From the NCBI RefSeq assembly GCF_009914755.1, contig NC_060936.1: 64,000 nucleotides of DNA; one strand, written 5' to 3'. The DNA is from the human T2T-CHM13v2.0 reference genome, Homo sapiens. Position numbers and translations under genes: made by a program. Positions within the stretch are counted from its first letter, which is position 1, and each line of letters starts with the position of its first letter. Positions 58,249 through 64,000 of this stretch are shown here, piece after piece. The notes under the pieces are model-generated. The model was not told the DNA's origin and searched no databases. It worked only from the letters and a program-made list of their open reading frames with translations.

Positions 58249-59272
58249 AAACCATAAAGATTTAAAGTTGAGAGTTTCAAACGATTACAGGGAGATTGAT
58301 TCCAAAGAAAAGTCATAGAAATAGAGAAACTTCAAGAGGTCCAAGAACCAAGATAATTCAGTTGTTAATACTATTGTGTTATTCAAGCACAATCTGAAGA
58401 TATTGAATGATGGCAAACTAGCACCTCACATAACAGGGACATACAAAGATAAGAGATGTGAAATCTCAGCTGAACAGTATTATCTAAAAATATTCCAAAG
58501 TTCTCTGCATCGATTTTAATGGCTGGTGAGTTCAACAGTGGACAGTATGTACCAGGTAAATTACCAATTGATAAAGTTTGTGAACTGTAGGTCATCAACC
58601 TTTTTTCCTGGACCATAGAGTTTTACCTAAAATAGGAGGCTTTAAAGTTTATTTAGTCCAACTCCTCAAAGCCTTCACTAACTCAGATTCTCAATGATGC
58701 AACCAGGAAACCAGAAATAAGCCCAAAATAAATGTTTGTGTTACACCTAGTGGAGCCTCTTTACAATTCTGCATCAAATCTGCTTATTCTTACTTTCCAC
58801 AATTCTAATCAGAAATTAAACTCTTCTAGGTTTAATAGCTTACAGGCATAAAATTAGAGATGTCCTACCTGAGGAAGATACACTAACAGCAGTTAACACT
58901 TGATATCTGACAACAAAGAATTAGGTAAAAAATTATAACAAGCAGATAGCACTCTGTATGAGGAGAGAGAGTCCCATAGCTGAGTGAACCCTGATGATAC
59001 CATTATATAAATAAATTTATAAATATGATCCCCAAAACAGGAATTGTTTTGAGAAAACAGGGATAAATGTTGGGAGAACAAATTTAAAACTTTAGTTCTT
59101 TTATAAAGATGGATTCTTTTCTACAAAGATGGACCATGTTATTACCATCATTCTCTGATTAAATATTAAATGAGGCACTACTGTAGTTATTTTGGGGCTT
59201 TGTTACCAAATTGAGCTTTAAGAGAAAATGTATGTGATGTCCAGTTTAAAAGAGCATTGAATCAAATATGAC

Positions 59273-59568
59273 TTTTTTTTTTTTTTTTGAGACAGCGTCC
59301 TGCTCTGTTGCCCAGACAGGAGTGCAGTGACACCATATCAGCTCCCTGCAACCTTCACCTCTCGGGTTCAAGCAATTCTCATGCCTCAGCCACCAAATAG
59401 CTGCGATTACAAGCACGTGCTACCACACCTGGCTAATTTTTGTATTTTTAGTAGAGACGGGGTTTTACCATAGTGGCCAGGCTGGTGTCGCACTCCTGGC
59501 CTCAAGTGATCCACATGCCTCAGCCTCCCAAAGTGCTAGGATTACAGGCATGAGCCACTGCACCCGGC
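59273..59568 (-). mobile_element. Alu (S/J), antisense, about 85 nt upstream of exon 19
   Basis: Poly-T followed by reverse Alu dimer. Confidence 0.93.
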
Positions 59569-59652
59569 ATGACCTCTTTTTAAATGGGGCCTTTGTTTAC
59601 AGTATTCAGTCAAAAAGATTTGTCTCCCAATATGTCTCCATTTTGTTTTCAG

Positions 59653-59758
59653 GTATCGTGATTTCCGATACCCACCTGGACACCCCCAGGAGTATAAACA
59701 CAACATCTACTATTGGCATGTGATTGCAGCCAAGCTGGCTTTTATCATTGTCATGGAG
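59653..59758 (+). CDS. ANO6: ANO6 exon 19 (106 nt): [35 protein letters not shown]
   Basis: ttttcAG acceptor, GTAGGA at 59759; phase 2 to 0; TM10. Confidence 0.95.
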
Positions 59759-61021
59759 GTAGGAAAAGTATGCTTTCAAACAGTTTATAAGGATGTGTAT
59801 TTGCAGACCTTCCATTAAGTGTTGCCAACTCCATACTTAACATGTGTGATACTTTCTTCTTATCACTTGCTAATATTTTAGGAAATATGTTAATCAGTAT
59901 TGACCTGAAAATACTCAACTTCATTAACGAGAGCATTATCTGCTTTTAAAGTTTAAAAGCATGTTATGCGCAAAGGGGATTCAATTTCATTCATTACTAA
60001 CTTTTTAAAATGTAGGGCACTGGGCAGCATGTTGGGCTATGAAAGGGCTTATGCAAGATGGGTACGATGATGTGATCTCTGCCTGTGAGAAACTTTTATT
60101 GCTGGGAGAGTTTGAAATTGACCAGCTCTGAAAAATTACTAAGGCAACTATAAATTTGTAATTGATCTAGCCAACTGTGCTTCCTATGCAGAGTGAGTTA
60201 ACTACTGCCAAATTACAAAGTATCAGAGTTTAATTGCTTAATTGGTATGGTAGATAGGATTGTATTAAGCTGCAAGAAACAGAAAATGCAGTCTATGGTG
60301 GCTTAAATAAGGTTGATTCCCCTCCCCACAACCTATATGATAGAGTTCATGAAAGTCTGTGGTTGCTCCTGAATCAATCAATACCAGTTCACTGATGGAA
60401 GCAGTCTATCCAATTCTTGGGTTTGCTCTCATATATGTGTCCCCTTTATGGCTGCTGAAATTCCAGTTAAAAAATTACATGCAAAGCAGGAAGAAGGGCG
60501 ATGCTAACCACATCCAGTCCTTTTTGTCAGGAAAGAATGCTTTGCCAGAAGCCCCTACAGTGGACTTCCACCTACATCTCATTGACCAGAACTATAGCAT
60601 GTGGTTTTCCTAGCAGCAAGAGGGGCTGAGGCAGGTGGATTTCATTTGCTCTGAATAAAACCAATCAGCAGAGAAGAAGTGGGGTAGACTACCTGGATTT
60701 TTGGTACTTATACTAGTTCTTTTTTTTTTTTTTAAATAGCTACCAAACATTAAACAGGGAAGACAAGTAACTCACGGTTAGTATCTGACTCATGTCAGTA
60801 TCTGACATATCAGCAAGAGTCACAGGTTTCTATTTAAACATGTAGTTGATGAAGTGATTGGCCTTCTCCTTTTGATATTGTGGTAGATTATATGTTGTCC
60901 TTACATATGCAGTGGACCATCCCCACTGCAAAACTTCTAGAGCCAGCTAGATAATTCCTTTGCATTGCTGAGCCCACTGGAAGGGAAGAGAATCTACAGA
61001 GAGAGGGAAAACTAGGTGATG

Positions 61022-61023
<2 letters not shown>

Positions 61024-61056
<33 letters not shown>

Positions 61057-61334
61057 GACAGAGTCTCACTCTGTTGCCCAGGCTGGAGTATGATGCCATG
61101 ATCTTAGCTCACTGCAACCTCTGCCTCCAGGTTCAGCCAATTCTCCTGCCTCAGCCTCCCAAGTACCTGGGACTACAGGTGCACACTACCACACCTGGCT
61201 AATTTTATATTTTTAGTAGAGATGGGGTTTCACCATATTGGCCAGGCTGGTCTCAAACTCCTGACCTCAAGTGATCTGCCCTCCTCGGCCTCCCAAAGTG
61301 CTAGGATTATAGGCATGAGCCACTGCGCCCGGCC
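61024..61334 (-). mobile_element. AluS, antisense, T30 tail
   Basis: Reverse Alu; TSD taggtgatggg. Confidence 0.94.
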
Positions 61335-61739
61335 TAGGTGATGGGCTTTAATAGGGCAGTGAGCAATAAGCACTCTTGTAGTGCTGGAGGTCTCAAAGAG
61401 CAAGCTGGTACCCATCAGTGCCTCTATCTTGGAGCTCAAGGAGACCATGCCTTGGGTCAGAAGGGAGGTGGAAAAACTGAGCTTGAGATTCCTGGATAAG
61501 CCAGAGACCCAAAACAGGGCTGCATTTGCCTCAGTAGAAAGAAGTGTGTATCTTCTCTGGAGAAAAATGTCCCCAGGTTTTTCTCAGATCAAGCTAATCA
61601 AATATGAGCACACAACCAAAGATGGTCAATAACAAGAGGTGATTTAAAAAAAAAACAAAAAAACGTGTGAGGTTCAGCAGGAAACAACTGATTTGGACCC
61701 TCAGTAACCTCAAGGGTTTGTTTGAACTGTCAGATAAGG

Positions 61740-62560
61740 AATATAAATTAACTGTATGTGAAAACATTTAAATAATTATGGGTAGAATTTAAAAAGCAAG
61801 AAACTAAAAATTATAAGGCAATTTTGAAAAAACTAAATGGAACTTCTAGAAATTAAAATCATTGGTGAAATGGAAAAAAACATGGATTAAACAGAAGTTT
61901 ATGCAAATCTGAAGAGAGAATTTGTGAATTGGAAGATAGGTCTGAAAAAATTACTCCTGATATATCACAGGGAGATAAGAAAATAGAAAATATGAAAGAG
62001 ATGTTAAGTGATATGGAAGAATGAGAAATACTAACTTAAAGAAGCTGAACATGGATAAAAGAAATGAAAGAGTTCACAGATCAGAAAGCATGACATGCAT
62101 CAAACAGAATAAAGAAATCCACTTACACATATTGCAAGGAAAATGCGGCACACCAAAAATAAGACCTTGAAAGTAACCGGAGGGAAAAAACTGATGACTA
62201 ACAGAGAAAACTAAGGCGAGAATGGGAGTAAGCTTTTCAACAGTAACAACGGAAGCCAGAAGAGAGTAGTCTATCTCCAGAATGCTAAAGAAGGTAGCTA
62301 TAAACCTTAAATTACAGCAGAAGTTTGAAATATTTCTACAATGAAAACACCAGACCATGTGGTTTTTATTGGAGTGATACCAAGCTTTTTAAAACAGATC
62401 ATTTCAATCCTATACAAATGCCTTCAGAGATGAGAAAGAGGAAATACTCTCCAACTCATTTGGTGAGGCTAAGAGTAGCCTAAATCCTAAAATCAGACAA
62501 GAAGAGAGAAAGGAAAATGAAGCCAACCCTATTCATTACATAGATGCAAAGATCTTTCTA
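61740..62560 (+). mobile_element. Old L1M ORF1/ORF2 fragments (approximate)
   Basis: A-rich; 'gaagagagaatttgtgaattggaagatagg' (ORF1-like), 'ggaaatactctccaactcatttggtgaggct' (ORF2-like). Confidence 0.6.
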
Positions 62561-62606
62561 AGATGTGTAAAGTGAGATGATGGACATGTTAATTTGTTCC
62601 ACTATA

Positions 62607-62793
62607 GAGTAAGTCCTCACTTAACATCCTTATTAGGCTCTTGGAAACCATGACTTTAAGACAACAACTTCTAACAAAACCAGTGTTTTTTCTAATCAAT
62701 GCTGTAACGAAACAGCATTGAAGGAAATGACGTTATTCAAGGACCTGGAGTTGCAGTTTCCAGGAACCTGTCGATGATGTTGAGGGCTCACTA
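62607..62793. mobile_element. Tigger-family MITE (subfamily uncertain)
   Basis: Imperfect TIRs 'agtaagtcctcacttaacatc...ttggaaac' / 'gtttccaggaacct...gatgttgagggctcact'. Confidence 0.6.
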
Positions 62794-63049
62794 CATACAT
62801 GTGTCTTACAACATCATGTTGTATACCTTTACGCAAAATTTTTAAAAATGTACAAATCTGAATCTAGCAATATATTTCAAAAAGATAACATCATGCCACC
62901 AGGCTTTAAGCTGGAAATGCAAGGGTGGCATAACACAGAAATTCCACATATCTATAAATATTCCCTACCTCAGAAATAGATGAAAGAACTCTTTCCTACA
63001 GCATCAACCTTTGTCGCTTTACTATATAATTTCCATTATCACTAAACAC

Positions 63050-64000
63050 ACTAATATCTCTCACATCTCAAAATTCTCTCCATCCTTACCTCACCAGTCC
63101 TGCTTCACTTCTCTTTTCCTCTTTGTGGCCAGCGCCGTTGAATGAGTTGCCAGTACATGCTGTCCTCGATTCCTCTATCTTTCTATCATGCTTTCACCCC
63201 CTCCACTTCACTGAAGCTGCTCTTGCCAAAGTTAGCAGCAGCCACCACTTCCCCAACCCTCCCCTCACCTGACTTAGCAACATTTGACTTAGCAAAAATC
63301 TGAGTCAAATTTTTGCTGAAAATCTGACTTCAGATTTTCCTCATCACTTGCCCCTGGAAACTCCTCCTCACTGGGCTCCTAGGAAAGTACGCTTTCCTCC
63401 TGCGTCCCTGGCCATTCCACCTCAGGTTCTATGCCAGTCACTTATTCTCTTAGTGATCCTGGGACTCATCCCTTGGTTGTCATCTTTTCTCTCTCCTTGG
63501 TCTGTTGATGATCTCCTGGAGTCTGCTGGCTCTAAATACCATCTGTATGCTAAAAGGACCTTAAAATGGCTGTTTGCAGAGCACCCCTCTCCTGAACTCC
63601 ACCCATGAATCCAACGGCCTACCTGACCTTTCTGCTTGGATCCCTAATAGATGTCTCACATCTGCTGCCCCACATGCCTATATTTTCCTCCATTCACTCC
63701 AAATGTTCTCCTCCCAACCCAGCCCAAAATCTCTCCCATCCACAGTATTTCCCTCTTGATTATGGCAACTCCATCTCAACACTGCTCAGGCCAGAATCCT
63801 TGGAACCCTAATGCTATATCCAATCTGGTTGGCTTTTCCTTTATCAGTGAGCACTTCAGACCAATTGTGCTGCTACCACCAGGTCAGAGCCACTATCATT
63901 TTTTGCCTGGATTAGGGCCAGAGTCTCCTAGCTGGGCTTGCCCTTCCTCTCTCACTCAGAGTCAGAGCCAGAGTCCTCACAGTGGCACACAAGGCCTCAT
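63050..64000 (+). mobile_element. L2 LINE fragment (approximate)
   Basis: 'ctaaataccatctgtatgct', 'ctctcctgaactcca', 'ggcaactccatc...tgctcaggccagaatccttgga'. Confidence 0.7.

Overview
Primate (most likely human) genomic DNA lying inside the anoctamin-6 gene (ANO6/TMEM16F, Ca2+-activated phospholipid scramblase/channel) on the + strand. Eleven internal coding exons (106, 61, 143, 78, 226, 170, 98, 131, 206, 203 and 106 nt; 1528 nt total) splice with compatible phases into one open frame, from 'KEVCHPDIGGKIIMCPQCD' to '[11 protein letters not shown]'. From recalled ANO6 structure these are exons 9-19; start and stop codons lie outside the window. One intron has a GC donor. The introns hold two full-length sense-oriented, coding-dead L1PA elements, a near full-length Tigger1 DNA transposon, two THE1-type solo LTRs, 13 Alus, Tigger/MER5 MITEs and old L1M/L2/MIR/MLT fragments. 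Most short ORFs in the track are repeat-derived or chance. I found no convincing new gene or wholly undescribed system. The best leads are architectural: an inverted-Alu-bracketed exon 18-19 module with a GC donor that would form a stop-free 309-nt circle; direct L1 repeats flanking an in-frame three-exon block; contrasting ORF0 and ZNF93-region states of the two L1s; an LTR with a splice donor next to exon 11; and a short templated palindromic insertion. Exon numbers and repeat subfamilies come from memory of consensus sequences, not from a search.
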